Assembly: GCA_041666325.1 (NCBI GenBank)
Contig: JBAYHC010000001.1
Coordinates: forward strand, 201,708 to 265,707
Source of the DNA: Patescibacteria group bacterium
GTDB taxonomy: Bacteria > Patescibacteriota > UBA1384 > XYA2-FULL-43-10 > 1-14-0-10-43-13
Direction: 5' to 3'
Length of the DNA: 64,000 nucleotides
Positions 40,588-49,959 of this stretch are shown one piece after another. The translations under genes and the position numbers were made by a program. Under the pieces are notes generated by a model, which had not been told where the DNA came from, ran no database searches, and was given only the letters and a program-made list of their open reading frames with translations. How positions within the stretch are numbered: the first letter of the stretch is position 1; every line of letters starts with the position of its first letter.

Positions 40588-42582
40588 TCAATCTTTGAGC
40601 ACGTATTTCAAAATTTCTCTAATCGGTTTTTTGATTCCCCTGGCAGAGTTTAATGATTTCACTATCCCTATCGCAAATTCCACTTTATCGGTAACCGAAC
40701 CGCCCCCAGAAAAGCAATTTTCCAAACAGCCATTTTCTAGAACAAAAATCATTTCCTGTTCTCTAAGATTTTTAAGGAGGTTTTTAATATTGGCAGATAA
40801 GATAATTCTTTTTCTGATAGAAATTGCCCTGGTTTTGATAATTTTATCTGTAAGAGAATCAACTGCTTTTAGAAAATCTTCTTTTGGAAGCTCTTTTTTG
40901 GTTTTAATTAGATTAAACAAGCTAGCTCCGTCATAACTTCTAATCAGAACGTCCTTTAGTTTGGTAGTATTAAGACTATACAAATTATCGATCTCAGTAG
41001 ATATTGAGCTAAGTTCGGTCTTAATCTGATCGGATTGCAACAATGACCTTTCTTTTGATAAGTCCTTTAAAATATCAAGGTCTGCCACGATGTAGTTTTT
41101 AATTTTCCAGGTGTTCAGGAACTTTCTATACTTTAAAAGGTTATTTTTGCTTCCAACTGGCAATACCTCAATGACCTCATCGGATCGATGAACTCCTCTA
41201 AGCAATGAAAGCGACTTGGAAAATACCAGCTGGTCAGAGATGCCCTCCACGAGGATGACCTTATCAGCAAAGAAAACTTTTTCGTTGTTCGAAGAATTAA
41301 TTATTTGCAGAAGGTCTTTTACTGATGAACTATCGAGTAGTGACTTATTCGGCTTCAGAATCTTGCTACAATCATTATGTTTGTATATACGATATGTTGA
41401 CTGAATAATCGGCGGTACGATGATCTGAGGTGAATGAGTAATAATCAAGAATTGCAAATTGTACGTAACTGAAAGCTCTTGTATTAAATCTGTCAGCACC
41501 TTTTGCCACTGTGTGTGTTGGTGCAGCTCTGGCTCGTCTAGCAAAACCAAACCGTCTTTCAGTTCTGAAAGAACAATCCCCGAGATTAAACTAAAAAATT
41601 CTTTCTCGCCAGAACTCAATTTGATCGGCATTCCATTTAGGCGAAAGAATCGTAAACGATATTCGTGATGATAAATAATTTTTTGATCGATTACCTCGAA
41701 AGACATTGAGAGGTATCTCTCTAGCACTTTTCTGAATGCAGTCAAAATTTTACTGTTTTTATTTTGGTCATACAATCTAACGATGTGCTGGTAACTAGTA
41801 TCAACTATGCCGATATAAGTATCCTTGGACTGGTTTAGACCTTTTGCAAAATTCTTGTCAATATTGTTCTGTGTTAAATCAACAACGATTTCTTTCTGAA
41901 CCTGATTTACGTTTCGGTGGGGACCTATGTATCTAAAATTTGGAGCAATTTTAATATTGCTTGAGAGAGCCGATATCTCGTACAAAACATTAAAGTATGG
42001 AAGAATTTCAAAAAACCGTTGAACAATTTCCGACAACTCTGGCTTGTCAGAATAAGCGCCAATAATTGAGTTGCTAGCTATCACAATTTTTAAAGTAGTT
42101 CCAATCAAAGATTCAAAGACATCATCGTAAAAAAATCTCTCGATACTGTTGGCCACCTGTCCCGAATCTTGGAAATCCTTTTTAAGAAATAAAACTAAGT
42201 CTTCCTTAAATTTCGCAATTTCTTTCAAAATATTGATGTCTTCTTCCTTAATTGAAAAATATAGTTCCAGCGATGACTCTTCGGAGGTATGAGAGTAGTG
42301 CCTTTCAAACATCTCTGCAATTAGGTTGGGATCCCAATTATCAAACTGTAGCTTATAATGATAACCATAGTTAGCTGAGTTCGGGTTGGCCCGTTCTGTG
42401 TTATAAGTGATCGTAACGTGCTTATAGATTACTGAAGAAATCGCCCCTTGTATTAATTCAAACAGATTGCTCTTACCTCCACCGTTTGGTCCAACGAAAA
42501 CGTTGAGTCCGTCTCCAAAAAGTACCTCTTCGGCTGGATAGTAGCTTTTCAGGTTTTTGACAATCGCCCTATTTAGTTTCAT
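40588..42582 (-). CDS. OLD-family nuclease: N-terminal ABC-type ATPase (AAA_21-like) fused to a C-terminal Toprim domain
   Basis: Walker A GPNGGGKSNLFE, Walker B LVLLDEPELHQH, H-loop ITHSP; Toprim motifs ILVEGISDQ and VADLD. Confidence 0.75.
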   Translation of the reverse strand: MKLNRAIVKNLKSYYPAEEVLFGDGLNVFVGPNGGGKSNLFELIQGAISSVIYKHVTITYNTERANPNSANYGYHYKLQFDNWDPNLIAEMFERHYSHTSEESSLELYFSIKEEDINILKEIAKFKEDLVLFLKKDFQDSGQVANSIERFFYDDVFESLIGTTLKIVIASNSIIGAYSDKPELSEIVQRFFEILPYFNVLYEISALSSNIKIAPNFRYIGPHRNVNQVQKEIVVDLTQNNIDKNFAKGLNQSKDTYIGIVDTSYQHIVRLYDQNKNSKILTAFRKVLERYLSMSFEVIDQKIIYHHEYRLRFFRLNGMPIKLSSGEKEFFSLISGIVLSELKDGLVLLDEPELHQHTQWQKVLTDLIQELSVTYNLQFLIITHSPQIIVPPIIQSTYRIYKHNDCSKILKPNKSLLDSSSVKDLLQIINSSNNEKVFFADKVILVEGISDQLVFSKSLSLLRGVHRSDEVIEVLPVGSKNNLLKYRKFLNTWKIKNYIVADLDILKDLSKERSLLQSDQIKTELSSISTEIDNLYSLNTTKLKDVLIRSYDGASLFNLIKTKKELPKEDFLKAVDSLTDKIIKTRAISIRKRIILSANIKNLLKNLREQEMIFVLENGCLENCFSGGGSVTDKVEFAIGIVKSLNSARGIKKPIREILKYVLKD

Positions 42583-42599
42583 TATTTCTCTCAGAATGA

Positions 42600-43442
42600 T
42601 TAATGGACGTAGATTTCTTTGCTTTTTATTCTATCTTTTAGATTTACTCTCTCAACGACACTTCTCAACAGTTGCTCGCTATGGGAATATACAAATCGGT
42701 CACAATTTAAGGCAACGTTATCGTTGATATGGCGACAATGTCTTCTGTCTGCTTTGTAAAAGGCAACATCCTTTCCCTCATCAAACATAGCAAGATAGAA
42801 ACTCTTTGAAAGCGGAATTGCTTTCACGGCACCTTTTGTAATAACGCCAACCCCACGATAAGGGCTGTTTTCAACGGGCGAAAACAAGACAAATGGATTA
42901 TCTGAAGTAATGTATGCACTGCTTTGAGGAGCAAAAATAATTCTCCAGCTCATATGCGCAAAATACGAAGCCATTTCAGCGCTGATCTCTAGTAAAAGCT
43001 TTATTTCATATTCTCTGCTCTGTTCAACCTTCACTTCAAGCCTATTGCCACCAGGCCTCTCAAACATTTGAGCCAATTTGGTTAATGCCGCTTCAGATAG
43101 TTCTTTGGTATGCTTTGAAAAATAAGGGACACGGTTCTTTTGCAAGGCGACGAAAAACGATAATTGTGCTTTTTCTTTTTCGCTCAGTGACTCACTCTTT
43201 TCGATTTTGCCGATGACGGCACTGGCGTCACCCTCAATTTCTGAAAACTTTTTCTCTAGATCATAGTGATACTTGCCATCTTCCCCAAGATAGCGATAGT
43301 AATTTGAAATAACAGCTGTGTCCTTAATGCCCAAGTGCTTATATTCATTTGTGGTCCTATCATAAACCCAAATATACCCATCTGTTGCAAAACGAGATAG
43401 GACCATTTGCGGTAAGAAATGATGTCTTTTTGGTTCACCCAT
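42600..43442 (-). CDS. DUF4238-family protein
   Basis: About 280 aa with an N-terminal HHFLPQ motif typical of DUF4238 (HHY[IV]PQ); lies 17 nt upstream of the OLD-family gene on the same strand. Confidence 0.55.
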   Translation of the reverse strand: MGEPKRHHFLPQMVLSRFATDGYIWVYDRTTNEYKHLGIKDTAVISNYYRYLGEDGKYHYDLEKKFSEIEGDASAVIGKIEKSESLSEKEKAQLSFFVALQKNRVPYFSKHTKELSEAALTKLAQMFERPGGNRLEVKVEQSREYEIKLLLEISAEMASYFAHMSWRIIFAPQSSAYITSDNPFVLFSPVENSPYRGVGVITKGAVKAIPLSKSFYLAMFDEGKDVAFYKADRRHCRHINDNVALNCDRFVYSHSEQLLRSVVERVNLKDRIKSKEIYVH

Positions 43443-43524
43443 AGGTTAATTCAGCAACAAGGAACGAAATAAGCGCTTACTCTAATTTGGTTTTTGTATT
43501 ACTAAGCATTCCGATTGCTAGCCG

Positions 43525-44112
43525 CTACTCATACAGCTTTAATCTAATGGAGTCAATTTTCCTCAGTAGGTCGTGTTGAGTCGAAACCATTTGCTGAATT
43601 TGAAGCTCTGTATATCTAGCCCTTCTGTTTTTGAAGGGATCATTTGTGACAGCCATCTTGTATTTCAGGAAGCAATTTTCAAGATTATCATCGAAGCAAA
43701 AATCTTCAATAATTTTCGCTTCTGTGAATTTTTTTATATCGTTAAGCTGATGCATTGCGCAGTTGAAATCGTAGTCAACTCGCCCTGCTTTTTGATCTGA
43801 CGGGTTGCTGGTGTAATCATTCGCTGAATTCAAAGTTTTTTCAATTGCACTGCGAAAATCTGCCAAGAATCCCAAAACAATTTCTTTTTTCTTGGAACTA
43901 TCACTTACACTCTCACTTATATAGTGGGTCACAAACAAGGCGACAATAATCGTTACAAGCAGATTAAGCAAGTTGGAAAAAGAAAAATCCCAGAACTTAT
44001 CTGGCAAAATATTCCATCGAAGCACAAGAGCAGAAATGACAAAGCCAATAACAAAAAAGATAAAGGAAAGCGATATTCGAGCCGAATTTTTCCTGATTAT
44101 CCTTTTCATCAA
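43525..44112 (-). CDS. Hypothetical protein with two N-terminal TM helices
   Basis: TM helices ISLSFIFFVIGFVISALVL and LLNLLVTIIVALFVTHYI; its start overlaps the stop of the upstream STAS-like gene. Confidence 0.45.
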   Translation of the reverse strand: MMKRIIRKNSARISLSFIFFVIGFVISALVLRWNILPDKFWDFSFSNLLNLLVTIIVALFVTHYISESVSDSSKKKEIVLGFLADFRSAIEKTLNSANDYTSNPSDQKAGRVDYDFNCAMHQLNDIKKFTEAKIIEDFCFDDNLENCFLKYKMAVTNDPFKNRRARYTELQIQQMVSTQHDLLRKIDSIRLKLYE

Positions 44113-44414
44113 GCATTCTCTATATAACTTTCTATCTCGCGTTTTAGAATCGAATTTGTTGTGATTAAATTTATTCTGTTCTGCACTGCATTCTTGTCTT
44201 TAATCACCCTGACAAGGCCGCCGAAGGCCTCCTCGAAGAAGGAAGTCGGGTATCCTGCTAAGCCATCCAGATATACGTTGATAATTTCGTTTGATTTTGT
44301 TTGGAATAATGGCTCGAGAAATTTTTCTCTGAATTCCTCACCAGAAAAATCACTCTTTTGCTTAAATCTTCCACCAGGAGAAATCGTAAAATCTTTAATG
44401 AAGACGTTTTTCAT
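44109..44414 (-). CDS. DUF4325 (STAS-like, anti-sigma-factor-antagonist-like) protein
   Basis: About 100 aa with VYLDGLAGYPTSFFEEAFGGLV resembling the STAS-like DUF4325 core; lies directly downstream of a GHKL ATPase. Confidence 0.5.
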   Translation of the reverse strand: MKNVFIKDFTISPGGRFKQKSDFSGEEFREKFLEPLFQTKSNEIINVYLDGLAGYPTSFFEEAFGGLVRVIKDKNAVQNRINLITTNSILKREIESYIENA

Positions 44415-44430
44415 TTCAAAATTCCTAAAA

Positions 44431-45441
44431 TTAAAGTTGAAAATCCCACGAAAACAAAGTTCCTCGAAAGCCTTCTTTTATAGAGATGTGTTGGCTAAAG
44501 TGCACAGCACTAATAAAACCACGATTGGATACTATTTTCAAATTATCTATTTTCTTTCTATTCGAAATCTCATATATTTGGGGCAGCCCCTTACCTCTAT
44601 TTTTTTGTTTGGTTCTAGATCTCTTGAATTTTCCCTCAAGCGCGGATCTAATTAAGTCGGCGTCAGATCTAATAAGATATTTGAGTACAATTTCAGCAAA
44701 GTTCTTTCTCACGGTTGTCGGAATCCCTTGTCCATTATCCAGGAACGCAAAACTTATCTTGCGAATATCTGCGTTGTAATATGCAGCGGTCCACCATTTG
44801 GGAAGCGGCGAATCAGATAGATACGCGTGCTCGTTGGTGTTATTCATTAGTTCAACAAGCGTTTCATATATTCCTTCCGTGGACCTCTTGGGACCATTCA
44901 TTTTGCTTGCAACAAATTCAACAACCTTTAAGACAACGGCGCCCTGTGTCCTCTCGCCTGATTGTATTGAAAAGATATCATCATTCATTCGAGGGGGATC
45001 CCCTCTTACGAGTTTGACGAATTTATAGAATCCGGAATCACGGAATATCATCCTGCATTTTTCCTCTCGCGGCTCATTCCCCTGAATGCTAGGGGCCACC
45101 CGTTTAGTGCCGAAAAACTCGAGGAGAGACAGGAGATACAGGATTGCGTCAAGGGTAATTTCACTCACAACCGAAAGATCAAGAAAAACAGAATAGCCCT
45201 TGTTGACGTTATTCTCAATTCTTCCACAAAATTCCAGAAAATGTTGGTGATCATTCAAGATACTGAAAACAGAAGGGGCGATAACTCTCTTGAAAATTCG
45301 AGATAGTTTAGTTGCTTTAATAAGTCCACGCTTCTTGCGCTTTCTTATTAAGTTCTTTTTAGCGATTATCCTAGATCGCTTCTTCCATTTTTCGGTGACC
45401 TTTTTCATTTGGTATAATAGTATCAAACGAGGGCTAGTCAT
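44431..45441 (-). CDS. GHKL (HATPase_c) ATPase with a basic N-terminal extension
   Basis: N-box ELMNNTNEHA, G1 DNGQGIP, G2 GKGLPQI. Confidence 0.65.
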   Translation of the reverse strand: MTSPRLILLYQMKKVTEKWKKRSRIIAKKNLIRKRKKRGLIKATKLSRIFKRVIAPSVFSILNDHQHFLEFCGRIENNVNKGYSVFLDLSVVSEITLDAILYLLSLLEFFGTKRVAPSIQGNEPREEKCRMIFRDSGFYKFVKLVRGDPPRMNDDIFSIQSGERTQGAVVLKVVEFVASKMNGPKRSTEGIYETLVELMNNTNEHAYLSDSPLPKWWTAAYYNADIRKISFAFLDNGQGIPTTVRKNFAEIVLKYLIRSDADLIRSALEGKFKRSRTKQKNRGKGLPQIYEISNRKKIDNLKIVSNRGFISAVHFSQHISIKEGFRGTLFSWDFQL

Positions 45442-45469
45442 ACTACCTAACTAACCCATTTGTCTTCTT

Positions 45470-46000
45470 ATGCAATGCCAATTTGAAAAATCAGACGGTA
45501 AGCAGTGTGGGGGCTACTCAGTGAGCAGCAGCCATTTTTGCTTTTCGCACGATCCAAAAAGCAAGAAAAAGCACTTGAGGGCAGCTAAGAAGGGTGGATT
45601 GGCTTTGAAGAGTAATAGTACTGTTTTAGCGGAAGAAATTGATCTAAGTTCGTCTGAAGGGCTAGAGAACGTACTAAAAGATACGCTTAGCAGAGTAAGA
45701 CGCGTAAACCCTGATGGCTCAATCGAATTAAAAGCGGCTTATTGTATAACCCTCATTGTGTCAAAACTTCAAGAAATACATCTGAAAAGCTACCCAGAAG
45801 ACAGGCTTAAGGAAATTGAACGCAGAGAATTTGAACTAAGGGAGCAAGAGCGCGCAAGAGAAGCATCACACCAGAGACATAGTCGGCTTTGGGAAGAAAA
45901 CCCAGAAAAAGCAGCCGAAGAGATAATGGTTCACACTAACCTGCTGCTGAAACGCGCGTTAAGAGACCGTGAGTCAAGAAAACTCGGTATGAATATATAA
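45470..46000 (+). CDS. Hypothetical protein: N-terminal Cys/His cluster and charged coiled-coil C-terminus
   Basis: CQFEKSDGKQCGGYSVSSSHFCFSHD and an ERREFELREQERAREA-type charged segment. Confidence 0.4.
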   Translation: MQCQFEKSDGKQCGGYSVSSSHFCFSHDPKSKKKHLRAAKKGGLALKSNSTVLAEEIDLSSSEGLENVLKDTLSRVRRVNPDGSIELKAAYCITLIVSKLQEIHLKSYPEDRLKEIERREFELREQERAREASHQRHSRLWEENPEKAAEEIMVHTNLLLKRALRDRESRKLGMNI

Positions 46001-46004
46001 ACCT

Positions 46005-46607
46005 TTAATCCAATTCCTGAATAGCACTCTTTAGGGCTTCCGCGTTTACTGATTTGATGCCCTCCCTCATCAAAGCTTTCAATGAAATGCTTTTCTTGTT
46101 TTTGATAAGCTCGATTAGCCTATCCTTTGTGAAGACGAAAAATTCCCATTGAGTGAGATCTAAGGGGTTAGCCGTATCGTGGGAGTCTGCCGAGAAGTAA
46201 CAAATAACGAATAAATCCGCATTAAAGCTTGGCGTCTCTTCCATAATCCCCGTCAATGGGTTCCATTTACGGGTTGGAGATAGAGCTACTTTAGGCTCAG
46301 ATAACCGCTTTTGAGCCCACGCCTGGAGTTGAGACATTGTTTTGATTTCAATGGTTTTGCCCTCTTTTGTTTTGAGATCGTACGCATCCCAAGGGATTCT
46401 TGGTTTATCATCACAACCCAAAAGAACAGCCACAACATATTCAGCAAGCACTGCTCTCGTAGTGTTTTGCATTAAGTCAGAGTACGCCCATTGCCAAAAA
46501 TCAACGATAGTTCGGTTTAAGCAATTGCTTGTTTCGTTATTATAAAAAGCAGAACCACATTCCAGTTTAGAGACTGGCTTTGGGGTCAGTAAAAGATCTT
46601 TATTCAT
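46005..46607 (-). CDS. PD-(D/E)xK nuclease-fold-like protein, hypothetical
   Basis: Candidate motif WDAYDL...(x11)...IEIKT, i.e. D...ExK; otherwise unrecognised. Confidence 0.45.
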   Translation of the reverse strand: MNKDLLLTPKPVSKLECGSAFYNNETSNCLNRTIVDFWQWAYSDLMQNTTRAVLAEYVVAVLLGCDDKPRIPWDAYDLKTKEGKTIEIKTMSQLQAWAQKRLSEPKVALSPTRKWNPLTGIMEETPSFNADLFVICYFSADSHDTANPLDLTQWEFFVFTKDRLIELIKNKKSISLKALMREGIKSVNAEALKSAIQELD

Positions 46608-46917
46608 TTTTTCCTTGGTCGGATTTGTTTTGTGGCAGAGAGCAAAAAGCCCGCCGCCACTAGCAGCCCCGTAGGGCTACACGTACATCTTTCGATGCAC
46701 GACCGACCAAGGTCCGTGACGACGAGCTCACTACCTTGGTCGGAATTTTCCACCGTGCTCACTATTATCTAATGAGGTTAGGTGGTTTCTCGGTTGTGTT
46801 AACGACAGGAATTATAAAATTCCCTTATGCTTAATATAGCAGAAATTAGTCATTCCCTCAACCTTATCCACAGATATCAGTTTGAATATATTTATACATT
46901 AATGTATAAATTAAATA

Positions 46918-47682
46918 ATGGAAAAAGAAGGCACTGAAAAATTTAGCGATTTATGTAAGAAAAAATACTCGGCCAAAGAGGTTGGCATCTCTTATAGAAT
47001 TTTAAGCAGCTGGAGCTCTCTTGGCCTAATCAACCACCTGAGAGACAAAGAAAATGATTGGCATCGTTTTTCGGCTTTTGATCTGATTGAGATAAGAGTA
47101 TATGACGAGCTTCGGCAGGTTGGCTTTTCTGTGGAGAAGCTCTTAAAAATCAAGAAATTTTTACGCGCACAGTCAGTTCTAGCCATATTTTTCTCTGATT
47201 CGAATTTATCAAAAGAGTACGTCGAGGACCTTGGCAAGTCTACAATATTAGTTGAATCAATCTTGAGAACTGCAGCAGGAGAAAACATTTTTCTTGTTAT
47301 TGATAAAGATGCAGCAAATCCTATGTTTGCAGAAGAAACGATCGTGTATGAATTATTAGCGCAAGCGAATTCTATTTATAATGAGTATGGTGGCAACTAT
47401 TTGGTTCTGAGTGTCCGAACAATTCTTGAGAATGTTAGTGTACCATACGAAAAATCTAATCATAAGCTCGGAAAAGTGCTGACAGCAATTCTTGATTCCG
47501 AAGAACAATCAGAGATTAAACTTTTCGTTCAAGACTGTGAATTAAAGAAAGCAAAGCATACTCTATATGATGTTCCCCTTGGTACGAATATTACAGCTCT
47601 TATAAAACAACCCAACAGAAAAACTTCATTCAGCTCCAACAATAACGGTTCCGTCAAAATGAAAATTGAAGCTGAACTATAA
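46918..47682 (+). CDS. MerR-family HTH protein (possible excisionase or regulator of the element)
   Basis: YSAKEVGISYRILSSW...FSAFDLIEIRVYDELRQVGFSVEKLLKI resembles a MerR HTH; located upstream of the recombinase. Confidence 0.5.
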   Translation: MEKEGTEKFSDLCKKKYSAKEVGISYRILSSWSSLGLINHLRDKENDWHRFSAFDLIEIRVYDELRQVGFSVEKLLKIKKFLRAQSVLAIFFSDSNLSKEYVEDLGKSTILVESILRTAAGENIFLVIDKDAANPMFAEETIVYELLAQANSIYNEYGGNYLVLSVRTILENVSVPYEKSNHKLGKVLTAILDSEEQSEIKLFVQDCELKKAKHTLYDVPLGTNITALIKQPNRKTSFSSNNNGSVKMKIEAEL

Positions 47683-47761
47683 AAACTAGAATCCCTAGTT
47701 TCTTTTACCAACAGTTCAAGTAGCAGCGATCCTACTACGCGATCGAATCTGGTATGAGAAA

Positions 47762-47902
47762 ATGTTATCAATCGACGAGTGTAGAGATTATTTAAAAGAA
47801 TATAATTTAAGCGACGAAGAGATCGAAAGAATGAGGAACAATCTGCAAGGAATAGTTGAAAGTGTACTCGATTCCTATATCGAAGGATTCAAAAATGATT
47901 AA
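47762..47902 (+). CDS. Possible small acidic helical ORF (46 aa) overlapping the recombinase start
   Basis: MLSIDECRDYLKEYNLSDEEIERMRNNLQGIVESVLDSYIEGFKND; found by hand and not in the ORF track; weak support. Confidence 0.25.
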   Translation: MLSIDECRDYLKEYNLSDEEIERMRNNLQGIVESVLDSYIEGFKND

Positions 47903-49487
47903 CGATACAAACAAGGCACTAATTTATTGTCGGGTTTCTTCCCCGCGCCAGATTAAGGAGGGTCACGGCTTAGAAAACCAAGAACACAGGTGTAGACAGT
48001 ACGCAGTGGAGAAGAAGCTCAAAGTTGTCGAGGTATTCTCTGAAGACGAGAGCGCTAGCGGTGGCCTTTTTGACCGTCCTGCAATGAAAGAACTGCTCAA
48101 TTTTCTTGACAGGAATCAGTCAGAAAGATACTTCGTAATATTCGATGATCTAAAACGTTTTGCGAGAGATGTAGAGGTTCATTTTAGACTAAAGACTGAA
48201 TTGGTTAAACTGCGTGCAGTAAAGCTACGCTGTCTCAATTTTAATTTCGACGACAGCCCTGAAGGCAGGTTCGTTGAAACTATGTTTGCAGCCTGTGCTC
48301 AGCTCGAAAGAGAACAAAATAAGAGGCAGGTAATACAAAAACAAAAAGCACGACTGGAAAATGGCTACTGGACTTTTTATCCGCCAGCTGGCTATGAGTA
48401 TAAAAAATCGAGGGTGCACGGCAAGCTTCTATACCAAGTGCATCCATTGGCAGAAACGTTAGGCAAGGTCATCGAAGACTTCGCGACGAATCGTCTAATT
48501 GGGAAGGTAGACGTCGTCAGAAGGCTTGTAGAACTAGGTATTCTAAAAGAAAGTGCACCAGAAACAACTAATTTTAATTTTGTTAGAAGATTGCTAAGTA
48601 ATCCCATCTATGCGGGATTCATTGAATATAAACCTTGGCAAGTTCCAATAAGGAAAGGCCATCACAAGGCAGTTATTACCGAGGAAGTACACAGATTAGC
48701 TTTAAATAAAATGGAGAAACCTGAAAGAATGCCAAGGAATACTGATTCTTTGGAATGGCCATTAAGGAGACTGGTCGATTGCTCCATTTGTGGTAAACAA
48801 TACACCGGGAGTGCAAACCGAAGTAAGAATCCCGACAAACACTATCCGCATTATACGTGTAATAATAAATATTGCACTGCTAGTCCTAAAAACATCACTA
48901 AAGAAATCGTAGAGGAAAAATTCCTTAAACTTCTCAAGTCAATCGGGGCAGACAAACCTGTATTGGATTTGGCGAGGGCAATGATACTTCAGATGTGGAA
49001 GGAAAAGGAAAAAAATTTCAATACAAAGAAATCAAATGGTCTTAAGAGGATCGGGCAGATTGATGTAGAAATTGAGAGCTTTTTAAGCAGAATTCCGAAG
49101 GCAAAATCAGAGTCACTAGTTGCACTATATGAATCAAAAATTGACAAACTCGAGAATGAGAAAAAAGAAATTGAAAAAAGCTTGAAAAACAAAAAAGAAC
49201 CCAACCTAAACGAAGCAATAGATTTGGTTCTTAATTTCCTTGGAACACCCGCTGAATTCTGGAAATATGCAGACCTAGAAAGAAAAATATTAATTCATAG
49301 CCTGATTTTCATTAAAAACCCAGAATTCTCTCTAGAAACAGGTTTTGGAACACCTAATTTGTCTCTACCATTCTACATAAAGCACTATGTAATGGACCAG
49401 GATGATACGTTGGTGGAGGTGGAGGGAGTTGCACCCTCGTCCAAGAGGTTAAAAACTGCCTATTGTAGCAAGCTTAGCTCCGGTTGA
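47895..49487 (+). CDS. Large serine recombinase (resolvase domain, recombinase domain and zinc ribbon)
   Basis: Catalytic ALIYCRVSSPRQ; a recombinase-domain region; a C-terminal CSICGK...CNNKYC zinc ribbon. The start is set at the ATG preceded by aagga. Confidence 0.85.
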   Translation: MINDTNKALIYCRVSSPRQIKEGHGLENQEHRCRQYAVEKKLKVVEVFSEDESASGGLFDRPAMKELLNFLDRNQSERYFVIFDDLKRFARDVEVHFRLKTELVKLRAVKLRCLNFNFDDSPEGRFVETMFAACAQLEREQNKRQVIQKQKARLENGYWTFYPPAGYEYKKSRVHGKLLYQVHPLAETLGKVIEDFATNRLIGKVDVVRRLVELGILKESAPETTNFNFVRRLLSNPIYAGFIEYKPWQVPIRKGHHKAVITEEVHRLALNKMEKPERMPRNTDSLEWPLRRLVDCSICGKQYTGSANRSKNPDKHYPHYTCNNKYCTASPKNITKEIVEEKFLKLLKSIGADKPVLDLARAMILQMWKEKEKNFNTKKSNGLKRIGQIDVEIESFLSRIPKAKSESLVALYESKIDKLENEKKEIEKSLKNKKEPNLNEAIDLVLNFLGTPAEFWKYADLERKILIHSLIFIKNPEFSLETGFGTPNLSLPFYIKHYVMDQDDTLVEVEGVAPSSKRLKTAYCSKLSSG

Positions 49488-49959
49488 TTTATTCGAACAG
49501 GAGATAAGACCGGAACGGAAATCTACTGCTCTATCTCGAGTATATCTTAGGGCTTCACGCTAGAGAATCGATTGCCCGCAACTCGAAGTATGACACTCAT
49601 ACCCTCTAGTCGAGTAGCTAGAGGATGAGCGGTTGCCGTTATTTAAGCAGCAACTGGCGCAAGAGCAAAGCCGCTAAAAGCTGCTTTAACTCTGCTAACA
49701 AGTGAGTTTGCACTTGAGATTTTCCGGCAATTAAGGCTGCCAAGATCACCTGCTTGCTAGATCAGTTTTTAAAGTTCCTATTGTCGAAGCTAATACACCC
49801 CCGAACACATCTTATTATACCTAATATTGACAAAAAATCAACTTGCTCGACTCCGATTCTTGCAGTGGTCAAACCAAAACTAGACAATGTCGTTTCGAAA
49901 TGGTATAAATCTGTGGGCAGCAGAATACCTACTATTCTGCTGGATGAAGGAGAGACAAA

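Noticed and set aside
49600-49700. Possible tmRNA (tag-like gccgctaaaagctgc, and smpB is nearby in the window)
   Set aside because: There is no tRNA-like acceptor or T-arm at either end. The putative tag frame does not end in a hydrophobic A-A stop. The segment is better explained as an att-site or structured region.
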